This document shows, piece by piece, positions 9,192 to 16,919 of a stretch of DNA of 32,000 nucleotides. Position 1 is the stretch's first letter; each line of letters opens with the position of its first letter. The notes under the pieces were generated by a model, which had not been told where the DNA came from, searched no databases, and saw only the letters and a program-made list of their open reading frames with translations. Source of the stretch: an uncultured Chloroflexia bacterium. Its GTDB lineage: Bacteria; Chloroflexota; Anaerolineae; Anaerolineales; Anaerolineaceae. Where the stretch lies: the NCBI GenBank assembly GCA_963704755.1, contig OY969938.1:570001-602000 (forward strand), read 5' to 3'. Position numbers and translations under genes: made by a program.

Positions 9192-9677
9192 TCAGGCAGA
9201 TTGCTTTTCTTCCTTTGCAGGTGATTTCGTAAAAACTTTCAAAAGGAGTAAACCGCCCTGCTCAGCCAACCATCCCATACAGCCACCAATGATCATCGCA
9301 ATAACGGTGGCTTTCCAGTCTCCGCTGGTTCCAAAGGTGCACGCCATACCCGCAAAAGTCCCCGGAATGAATGAAAGCCAGGACCATTTCGCCTGTACAC
9401 AAGCAATAACCACAGCAATGAGTACCGCTACGATCATCGCGCCAGGGAATTTAAAAATGCCAACTAAAAAGAAAATTAACATGGCCCACAATACACCCGA
9501 TAAATTGGCAAGTGCATTTTTTGCGAAGCCCATGTTTTTACCACCGGCCGCAAAAAAGCATGCCATAGCAATGAACGTTACCCATGCAACAACATGTAAA
9601 TTTCCAGCGAATTGGGCGCTCAGCCCCCCAATAATCCCCGCACTTATTCCAACAGCTACCAAGTACGACATTTCCAT
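9192..9677 (-). CDS. Small multi-pass membrane protein, DUF1097/YcdZ-like (family assignment from memory only)
   Basis: Hydrophobic ORF with 4-5 predicted TM helices: VAVGISAGIIGGL, VAWVTFIAMACFFAAGG, LSGVLWAMLIFFLVG, MIVAVLIAVVIAC, VIAMIIGGCMGWL. AGGAG precedes ATG 9677/9671. The upstream TTG/ATG at 9713 is less likely to be the start. Confidence 0.6.
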   Translation of the reverse strand: MEMSYLVAVGISAGIIGGLSAQFAGNLHVVAWVTFIAMACFFAAGGKNMGFAKNALANLSGVLWAMLIFFLVGIFKFPGAMIVAVLIAVVIACVQAKWSWLSFIPGTFAGMACTFGTSGDWKATVIAMIIGGCMGWLAEQGGLLLLKVFTKSPAKEEKQSA

Positions 9678-9793
9678 TCTCCTATTGTTGAATTTTTCTG
9701 GGTTAGAAGTCATGAACTTTTTTGCCGGGTGAAGTATTTTTGGAGAGCCACCTCCTTTGGTACTTTATCAACTCAAGGATAATCGTTGTGTCG

Positions 9794-9808
9794 TGCGACA
9801 TTGTCGCA
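9794..9808. promoter_or_regulatory. Perfect 7-1-7 palindrome TGCGACA-T-TGTCGCA; candidate operator upstream of the membrane-protein gene
   Basis: Read directly from the sequence. It is followed by the half-site-like repeats ATTGTCGCATTA and ATTATCGCATAT (9800-9832). Confidence 0.3.
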
Positions 9809-9866
9809 TTACATATTGTATTATCGCATATTCCGCGGCAAATTTCAAGTGGCTAATTGGGCCAAT

Positions 9867-9898
9867 TTAAAAAATAACCCGGCTTTTTCAAGCCGGGT
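9867..9898 (-). terminator. Rho-independent terminator of the FAD flavoprotein gene
   Basis: On the minus strand, ACCCGGCT-tgaaaa-AGCCGGGT is followed by TTATTTTTT, about 45 nt after the stop at 9944. Confidence 0.75.
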
Positions 9899-9943
9899 CG
9901 ATACATTCCTCATTTCCGAATTAGCCTGAGCAGTTAAACCGGA

Positions 9944-11932
9944 TCAATTGTAGATTTCACCATTGCGGTAACGTGCCCAGGTCGTCTCGAACCAGGAATC
10001 GCCCTCTGGGATAGGGCGGCAGGCAACCCATTCATTGATTACCTTTCCCCCCGGCGATGAGACCGTTTCGAGCACTTTACTGCGGAAAGTTTCATCTTCT
10101 CGGGCGATCTTCCAGTAATTATCCAACAGCTCATGCACCTGGTTCCCTTGCGGATCCAGCACGATGGCCGAACCACGACTGCCTACCCCGCTTTGCACGG
10201 CAAATTGGATGGCGCTCAAATAGATGGCCTGGGCATAGGCCAATTGCCGTACTCGAAACGCATAACGGAGCTGGCTTCTGTCCTTGACTGCACAAGCCGC
10301 CTGAGAAAGACGCTCTACCTGCTGCCAGGCCGCGGGCACCTGGGTGCTCAACACTGCCAGGCTGCGAATATGTGCTCCCGCCTGCGACATACGCTCCTGA
10401 ACCTGCTGCATTTCTTCCAGCCAGGGTGTTTCGGCGTTCAGGCAGCGTTCTGACCAGTTTATTACTTGCACAAGATGATCGTTTACCGCCTGGTCCACGG
10501 TATCATCGTCAATTGTCCACTCCGCATAACGGTTTGCGATAAATTCGGCGGCCCGAAAACCGGCGACCTGTCCGGCATTCAATGCCGAGCCACCCGGGCG
10601 TGTAACTCCGTGCGATCCGTTCACTTCGCCTATCGGGAACAGATGCTTCAGGTTGGTCGATTCGTACCAGCTATTCCCGGCCAGTCCACCGTTATTATGC
10701 TGCGCGCAAATTGCCACTTCCAAAGGCTCGCTAAACAAATCGATCTTCTGCTTCTGATACAGTTCTATGGCGCCGGGATTCATGTGGTTAAGGCGCCCGA
10801 TAGGGCTGTCCAGGATTGCACCTGATTTTTCCAGGTAAGACCGCGCTTCCTCCGGCAGATCGGAAAAAGCGAAACCATCCGGGTTCGTGCGAAAATCCAG
10901 GTAGACGCGGCGATTTTTGACCATCGTTTCAATGTACACCAAAATATCGACGATCGAGGAGCCCCCAATAGCTTTGCGCGCATCGAAAGGCCATTGGTAA
11001 CCCTTAAGAAAGACCATTCCGTTCATTTCACCTAAAGTATGAAAGTACTCCGGCAAAAACTCTTTCTCGTCCGAAACGCCGTCCGCTGCCCGGCTGATCA
11101 CCCGCGGGATCACCTGCATGTAGGTTCCCGAAACATTCCAGCGAAACTTTGTCGAGGCCAGACCATATTGAGATTCGGGCAAGTTGGCCGCGCATGCGCC
11201 TGCCATCAACGCCAGGCCGATGGCCCCTGAATGAACCGGCGGATAAACGCTGGTTTTGTACAGTCCACCCGGCCCACCCACCGCAAAGATCAAGTTCTCG
11301 CAGACATAGGCTTCGAAATTACCCTCGCCATCCACCGCGATCAGGCCGGCTGCTCGCGTGATTTGGCCGTCCTTTACTGTGATCAGTTCCACGGCATTGC
11401 GCTTCTCGCGTACCGGTATGCCAAGAGTTTTGACCTGATCGATCAACCTCAGGCACATCTCCCGGGAGGTATAGGGTCCAATCGAGGTGGCGCGCTGGCG
11501 GGGATCGTGATCGGTTTTATAGCCCACGAACTGGCCATATTCGTCCCGCGGAAAAGGTACGCCCAGGTTGACCAGGTTAATAAAGCTGCGTGCCGAAAGG
11601 CTCGATTCGACCAGGGCCAGATCGCCATGCATCGAGCCGTTGGCGAAATAGGTTTCGGCCATAGCCCTGGGTGAATTGGCCTCGCCGCCACACATCGACA
11701 GCTTGTAATAGGTTTGCTTGTCGCTGCCGGTATTGATCGAAGTGCCCATGGATAAGCCCTCGGTAAGGATCATGAGGTCCTTGACGCCGTTGAGGTAGAG
11801 TTGGGCGGCTGCGTTCAAGCCAGCCGCGCCGCTGCCTAATACCAATGTATGAATGCGTGTCACCGGAATACGGCGAATTTTTTCTTGCAGCAATAAATCA
11901 TCCAGCCCAGTCAATTTAATTACTCCAACCAA
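9944..11932 (-). CDS. FAD-dependent oxidoreductase, succinate dehydrogenase/fumarate reductase flavoprotein-like (FAD_binding_2) family
   Basis: 662-aa ORF with LVLGSGAAGLNAA (GxGxxG), FAVGGPGGLY, AQHNNGGLAGN and LFPIGEVNGSHGVTRPGGSALNAGQVAGFRAAEF. There is no ATG before the Rossmann motif, so the start is TTG at 11932 or TTG at 11914 (which has GGAG 8 nt upstream). Confidence 0.8.
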   Translation of the reverse strand: MVGVIKLTGLDDLLLQEKIRRIPVTRIHTLVLGSGAAGLNAAAQLYLNGVKDLMILTEGLSMGTSINTGSDKQTYYKLSMCGGEANSPRAMAETYFANGSMHGDLALVESSLSARSFINLVNLGVPFPRDEYGQFVGYKTDHDPRQRATSIGPYTSREMCLRLIDQVKTLGIPVREKRNAVELITVKDGQITRAAGLIAVDGEGNFEAYVCENLIFAVGGPGGLYKTSVYPPVHSGAIGLALMAGACAANLPESQYGLASTKFRWNVSGTYMQVIPRVISRAADGVSDEKEFLPEYFHTLGEMNGMVFLKGYQWPFDARKAIGGSSIVDILVYIETMVKNRRVYLDFRTNPDGFAFSDLPEEARSYLEKSGAILDSPIGRLNHMNPGAIELYQKQKIDLFSEPLEVAICAQHNNGGLAGNSWYESTNLKHLFPIGEVNGSHGVTRPGGSALNAGQVAGFRAAEFIANRYAEWTIDDDTVDQAVNDHLVQVINWSERCLNAETPWLEEMQQVQERMSQAGAHIRSLAVLSTQVPAAWQQVERLSQAACAVKDRSQLRYAFRVRQLAYAQAIYLSAIQFAVQSGVGSRGSAIVLDPQGNQVHELLDNYWKIAREDETFRSKVLETVSSPGGKVINEWVACRPIPEGDSWFETTWARYRNGEIYN

Positions 11933-12049
11933 AGATTTATGCCTAAAAGTGCCTTTCCCAACAGATTATATCTACCTTTTCGAAGGTGAGTAGCCCGTTT
12001 CGAAAATCTACGCCTTAGTTAACGTCAATTCGGGATAACAGATTAGTCA

Positions 12050-12072
12050 CTCGCCCTCCTTCGGAGGGCGAG
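12050..12072. other. GC-rich 10-bp hairpin with a UUCG/CGAA tetraloop between the P450 stop and the flavoprotein start
   Basis: CTCGCCCTCC-TTCG-GAGGGCGAG. Neither strand has a U-tract, so it may be a weak terminator or a processing/stability element. Confidence 0.45.
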
Positions 12073-12103
12073 GAAAAGATGGGCAAGAGCCCAATCGCCT
12101 GCC

Positions 12104-13339
12104 TCAATCCCCCCAGCAGACCGGAATATGAGTATACGCGTGGAACAGCGGGACCAGGCGGTATTCCAGCGCTTCCGCTGGCACGGCCAGGCGCAGGCCT
12201 GGCAGTCGCCGGACCAGGGTATTGAGCGCAATTTCCGCTTCCAGGCGGGCCAGCGGCGCGCCCAGGCAGTAATGCACTCCTTTGCCAAAAGTAATGTGCT
12301 TCGCGCTCTCCCGGTCGATGTCGAGCCGGTCCGCGTTTGGGAAAGTCCGCTCGTCCCGGTTGGCCGAGCCTAGCAGCAGGATGACCAGGTCGCCGCGCTT
12401 GAGCTGCTGCCCGTCCACCAGCACGTCTTGCGCCACCATGCGGGTAATCGCGCGCTCCACCGGCGGATCGTAGCGCAAGAATTCTTCGACCGCCTGGGGC
12501 ATCTTTTCGGGATGGACTTTTACGCGCGCCAGCAGATCCGGGTGAGTCAGCAGTTGGACGGTGGCGTTGCCGATCAAGGAAACGGTGGTCTCGTGCCCGG
12601 CCACTATCAGCAGCACGACCAGGCTGAAAAGCTCTTCCGTGCTCAGGCGATCGCCCGCCTCCTCCGCCTGGAGCAGGCCGCTGATCAGGTCGTCCTTTGG
12701 CTGCCGGCGGCGGCTTTCGAAGAGGGCGGTCAGGTAGGCGATGAACCCCTGCATCTGCTCGAAAAATCGCTGCTGTTCCGCGGAAGTAAGCGCCGGGGTC
12801 ACAAACACGTCCGACCAGCTCCGGAATTTGTCCTGGTCCCCCACCGGGATGCCCGAAAGCTCGGCAATGACCGTGATCGGCAGCGGAAAAGCAAAAGCGT
12901 CTACCAGGTCAACCTGCACAATGGAAGAAGCCACCATCCGGTCGATCAGCTCATCGCTGATGGCCTGGATGCGGGGCCGCAGCCCGGCGATACGCCGCGG
13001 GGTAAACGCCTGGGTCACCAGCGACCGCAGCCGGCGATGATCCTCCCCTTCTTTGCTCAACAAATGGTTATCCAACTGGCTCGACAGGGGGTTGGACTGG
13101 AATTGCCGCCGGTATTCATCCGAGTCCAGCACCAGCTTTGCATCCAGCACAAAATGCTGGTCATCTCGCAAGATTGCTTCCACGTGCGCATAGCGGCTGA
13201 AAAACCAGATTGGCGTCTGGCCATCCAGCCCGGCCTGGCGCAGAACGGGGTCATGATCGCGCATGGCGCTAAAGATCTCATAGGCATGCTGGCGGAAGTA
13301 CTGCGAATATAAGTCGTATTTAACAGTTTCTTGCCCCAT
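12104..13339 (-). CDS. Cytochrome P450
   Basis: 411-aa ORF with I-helix AGHETT, ExxR (EEFLR) and the heme-thiolate loop FGKGVHYCLGAPLA. Confidence 0.92.
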   Translation of the reverse strand: MGQETVKYDLYSQYFRQHAYEIFSAMRDHDPVLRQAGLDGQTPIWFFSRYAHVEAILRDDQHFVLDAKLVLDSDEYRRQFQSNPLSSQLDNHLLSKEGEDHRRLRSLVTQAFTPRRIAGLRPRIQAISDELIDRMVASSIVQVDLVDAFAFPLPITVIAELSGIPVGDQDKFRSWSDVFVTPALTSAEQQRFFEQMQGFIAYLTALFESRRRQPKDDLISGLLQAEEAGDRLSTEELFSLVVLLIVAGHETTVSLIGNATVQLLTHPDLLARVKVHPEKMPQAVEEFLRYDPPVERAITRMVAQDVLVDGQQLKRGDLVILLLGSANRDERTFPNADRLDIDRESAKHITFGKGVHYCLGAPLARLEAEIALNTLVRRLPGLRLAVPAEALEYRLVPLFHAYTHIPVCWGD

Positions 13340-13671
13340 ACAAGCTCCTCATGGTGTCCTATCAAAATATAGGCAATTATATACTTTGTTCACCTGTTTT
13401 GTTGATGTTTCGGCCAATTACCTTTGACAATATCTTCCCCTATGGATTTTTCAAGAAAGCGTTCGAAAAAGCGAAGTCAGTATATTTTGCCGCTCGCGCC
13501 GTTCTTCGACTGGGGGCGCCAAACTTTTTCCGCGTTTAGGCCTATTGGTACCGGTAAATTTGGTACAATGAGGACCAATCCGCTAAACATTTGTTGCTTT
13601 CAAGAGAAATCTAGCCGATCACAACAGAGGGAAATTTCCAGCACTTTTCCAACTCAAGCAACCAATTAACG

Positions 13672-13998
13672 TTGGTTTTCAATCCAAAAGGTTCGCGTGT
13701 GAAACATATCCCCACTACCAGACTATTTATTCCTGAAGTTCGCCCAAAGATCGTCCCCCGTACGCAATTGATCGAACAATTAAATGCAGGCCTGCATCGC
13801 AAACTCACCCTTGTTTCAGCCCCGGCCGGTATCGGCTGCCTGTTCACCGTGGTGACTTTCTTCCTGATGGCTGGTCGCGCAATAATGATCAGCCAGGTCA
13901 CTTTTATCGGCGAGCTATTCCTGCACTTGTGGCTGCTGATTAAAGGCATCAACGTGGACCGTCGGAAAGAGCGCGCCCTGGAAACCGAATCCTTCTAA
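13672..13998 (+). pseudogene. Chimeric remnant ORF: N-terminal ~50 residues of a MalT/LuxR-type (LAL) regulator fused in frame to the C-terminal ~55 residues of a DUF4386-like membrane protein
   Basis: IPTTRLFIPEVRPKIVPRTQLIEQLNAGLHRKLTLVSAPAGIG matches the LAL-family N-terminus up to the first half of the Walker A motif (expected ...APAGxGKTTL). It then switches to CLFTVVTFFLMAGRAIMISQVTFIGELFLHLWLLIKGINV, which resembles the last TM helix and tail of DUF4386 proteins. Both family matches are from memory. Confidence 0.5.
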
Positions 13999-14014
13999 AC
14001 GGAGCAAAAAACGG

Positions 14015-15064
14015 ATGAAAAAGAAACGAAATGTGCAAGTATTCAGAATCATCATGGCGATCGTGGCGGTCGGCTCGATCATATCCCTCGTGGTATTCCC
14101 CCCTTGGGATATGGTCCTGACATGGATCGCGCCATTATCGGATACGGTGCAGGCCCAGGTCGATGATGCGATCAATCATGAGCTAGATGGGATCATCGTT
14201 TATGTAGACCAAGCCGGTCAAACACCGGCTCTTTACGCTGCCGGCTGGAAAAATAAAGCGGCTCAGGTGCCAGCCGATCCGCACGCCCTGTTCAAGATCG
14301 CCAGCATCAGCAAGCTGTATATCTCCGCGGCTACCGCCAAAATGGTCAGTAACGGCAGTTTGTCGCTGGACGCCACGCTCGCCGATTACTTGCCTGAACT
14401 TGCCGATAGAATTAAATATGCGGATCAGATTACCCTGCGGATGCTGCTCCAACATCGCAGCGGTATTCCCAATTTCGTCGACCAACCCGGATTCGACTGG
14501 TTCACTCCGCACACAGACATCGACGAGGCCCTGGAACTGGTACTCGACCAACCCGCCGATTTCAAGCCGGGCGCTCGCTACAAGTATTCCAATACGAATT
14601 ATCTGTTGATTGGCCGTATCCTTGACGAAACGTTAGGGTACAGTCACCAGCAGTACATCGAGCAGGAAATATTGGCTCCACTCGGGCTAACGAATACGTA
14701 CAGTTTGCCGAACCAGGTAGACCATCAAGATATGGCCAGCGGATACTGGTATCAATACGACGATGACCTGAAAGATCTTGACTTTACAATTCCGGGTGGG
14801 TCGATGGTCGCGACCGCACAGGATGTCGGCATATTTTTGAGAGCTTTGAATGATGGCTCATTGTTGAATGACGACGAGCAGGCGATCTACTCCTCGATTT
14901 ACGAGTACGAGCATACCGGCTGGTTACCAGGATATTACAGCATCGCCCGCTACGATAAGGATATCGATACGGTGGTCATTCAGTTCGTGAATACAACCGG
15001 AGGACACACTCTGACGATAGCGGATATCGTCTATAAACGGATTGTAAAAATTCTGCACAGGTAA
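14015..15064 (+). CDS. Membrane-anchored serine hydrolase of the beta-lactamase / DD-peptidase (class C-like) family
   Basis: 349-aa ORF with an N-terminal TM helix (VFRIIMAIVAVGSIISLVVF), SxxK (ASISK) and YxN (YSNTNY). Confidence 0.85.
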   Translation: MKKKRNVQVFRIIMAIVAVGSIISLVVFPPWDMVLTWIAPLSDTVQAQVDDAINHELDGIIVYVDQAGQTPALYAAGWKNKAAQVPADPHALFKIASISKLYISAATAKMVSNGSLSLDATLADYLPELADRIKYADQITLRMLLQHRSGIPNFVDQPGFDWFTPHTDIDEALELVLDQPADFKPGARYKYSNTNYLLIGRILDETLGYSHQQYIEQEILAPLGLTNTYSLPNQVDHQDMASGYWYQYDDDLKDLDFTIPGGSMVATAQDVGIFLRALNDGSLLNDDEQAIYSSIYEYEHTGWLPGYYSIARYDKDIDTVVIQFVNTTGGHTLTIADIVYKRIVKILHR

Positions 15065-15371
15065 GGAATAAATTGAATACTTTCCCCTTTATCTAATATC
15101 GTTTTTGATGATCATGTGAACAGAATCTTCAAAGAATTCTTAAATTTTGATTTAGTTCAAGATGAATCATTTAATCAATTACCTTGAAACCTGGTTATAA
15201 TCAAGTATCCGGTATACGTTTAATATATAATCCAAGAAAATCCGATAATTCAATCACTTGAGGGGGAAATACGAAAAATCTTTTGTAAATAAATCCTTAA
15301 ATGGATCAATAATCCTCATTGGCATAGCTTAAAGAGCATAATTTAACTTTAGAGATACCCCGAGAGGAAAA

Positions 15372-16865
15372 TTGAAAAGCAAATTATGTTTTGTAATATT
15401 GTTGATAACACTAGCCTTTACAGCATGTACCGCGAAACCGTTAAATAAAGGTACAACTGGATCCATTAAAGGTGCATATCAACTAACAAATTTATCCAAC
15501 CCTGCTTCTCCTACTTCACTGGGTACTAATATACCTGTTTTTACCAATTCCTCTACTCCTTTATGGACGAAAACAGCACCCTTACCCAGCACTCCTCTAC
15601 CAACAATCGCTACGTTTACACCAACGTTTAATCCCCAGGCAATAGTTACTGCTACAAAATCCGTAAAAGCTGTTTGTCCGATAGAAAATCCCTCACTTAA
15701 ACCTTGGTTTCCAATTTGTGTTGAAGGTGGTTGTTATGCAAAGCCATATATTGAAGACATCTTAAATTATTTAAACCAGGGAGGGACATATGTAAACCTT
15801 GATGAGAAATGGGGAATAAAATTCGCGGATATAACCGGTGATGGAGTAGAGGAATATTTATTTTCTGATTTTGACACTACATTTGTTCTAGGATGCCGCG
15901 GTGGAAAATACGTCGTTTTATTCGAAAAATCAATTGATCAACGACCGCTCTTAATTGACCAGATTGATGACCTGAATGGAAATGGCATTCCCGAATTATT
16001 CTTATCATTTTATGAAAGACCAGGTTTCCATTCGTTATTTATTTTTGAATGGAATGGAGAGACTTTTCGTTCTTTGATACAAATCCCCAATAATCTAAGC
16101 GAAAACGATTTTTTAGGAACTACTGGTTGGGATCACAAAATCTCCGATGTAAATGGAAACAACCTAAAGGAAATCGAGGTCATCGATGATATCCCAATTG
16201 ATCCTGATTCCATCATTGGCGGACTTCCCTGGCGAAAATCAACAATCACTCTCGGGTGGAATGGCGAAAATTTTGTAATTATTAATAAAATATACGAGAC
16301 GCCTCGCTATCGTTTTCAAGCGGTACAGGATGGTGATGAAGCGACAATAAATGGTGATTATGACAGAGCGGCAAAATTCTACCAAGACGTGATCTACGAT
16401 GATAATTTAGAGTGGTGGTCCAGTGACCGAAAGAAATACGAAACTTATCTAGCGCTCTCAAGTTTTTTTTCTCAATTCAATACAGATAATATAAATCCCA
16501 CACCAACGCCAACTCCAATAACCCCACCTCCCAATGAGGATACAACAGAATACCCACGTTTGGAAGCTTATGCCTATTACCGGTTGGTTATACTGGACCT
16601 TGCTCGTGGCGATATTTACGATGGACAACATCAATTCGAAGTTATGCAAAAATTATTCAGAAAGGATAACCCTGGTTTTTCTTATCTTGAGATGGCAAGT
16701 GCTTTTTATGATGCTTTTCAAGAAACAAATAATTTGACAATCGCATGCAGTAAAGCAATTCAATACGCTGCGAATAATCCCGAGATACTCATCCCCTTGG
16801 GAAGCGATTATCATGGATGGCAGAGCCATATTTACTTGCCAGAGGACGTTTGTCCATTTCGTTAA
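15372..16865 (+). CDS. Hypothetical lipoprotein with FG-GAP/VCBS-like DxNGxG motifs, Pro/Thr linkers and a TPR-like C-terminal region
   Basis: TTG start after GAGAGGA. The signal peptide and lipobox-like motif read MKSKLCFVILLITLAFTAC. Repeated motifs: DITGDGVEEYLF, DDLNGNGIPELF, SDVNGNNLKEIEV. Linker: NPTPTPTPITPPP. The ORF is markedly AT-rich. Confidence 0.7.
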   Translation: MKSKLCFVILLITLAFTACTAKPLNKGTTGSIKGAYQLTNLSNPASPTSLGTNIPVFTNSSTPLWTKTAPLPSTPLPTIATFTPTFNPQAIVTATKSVKAVCPIENPSLKPWFPICVEGGCYAKPYIEDILNYLNQGGTYVNLDEKWGIKFADITGDGVEEYLFSDFDTTFVLGCRGGKYVVLFEKSIDQRPLLIDQIDDLNGNGIPELFLSFYERPGFHSLFIFEWNGETFRSLIQIPNNLSENDFLGTTGWDHKISDVNGNNLKEIEVIDDIPIDPDSIIGGLPWRKSTITLGWNGENFVIINKIYETPRYRFQAVQDGDEATINGDYDRAAKFYQDVIYDDNLEWWSSDRKKYETYLALSSFFSQFNTDNINPTPTPTPITPPPNEDTTEYPRLEAYAYYRLVILDLARGDIYDGQHQFEVMQKLFRKDNPGFSYLEMASAFYDAFQETNNLTIACSKAIQYAANNPEILIPLGSDYHGWQSHIYLPEDVCPFR

Positions 16866-16919
16866 AACAAAGCAAGCCCAAAAATCGCTTTAACCTGAAA
16901 TTAAATCGGCACCATCCGC

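Noticed and set aside
13351-13671. Small ORFs (13351..13539, 13424..13669) and a TGgTACAAT -10-like box in the P450-upstream spacer.
   Set aside because: The ORFs lack an SD and any motifs, and no acceptable -35 element sits at 16-18 nt. The region is treated as non-coding or a decayed remnant.
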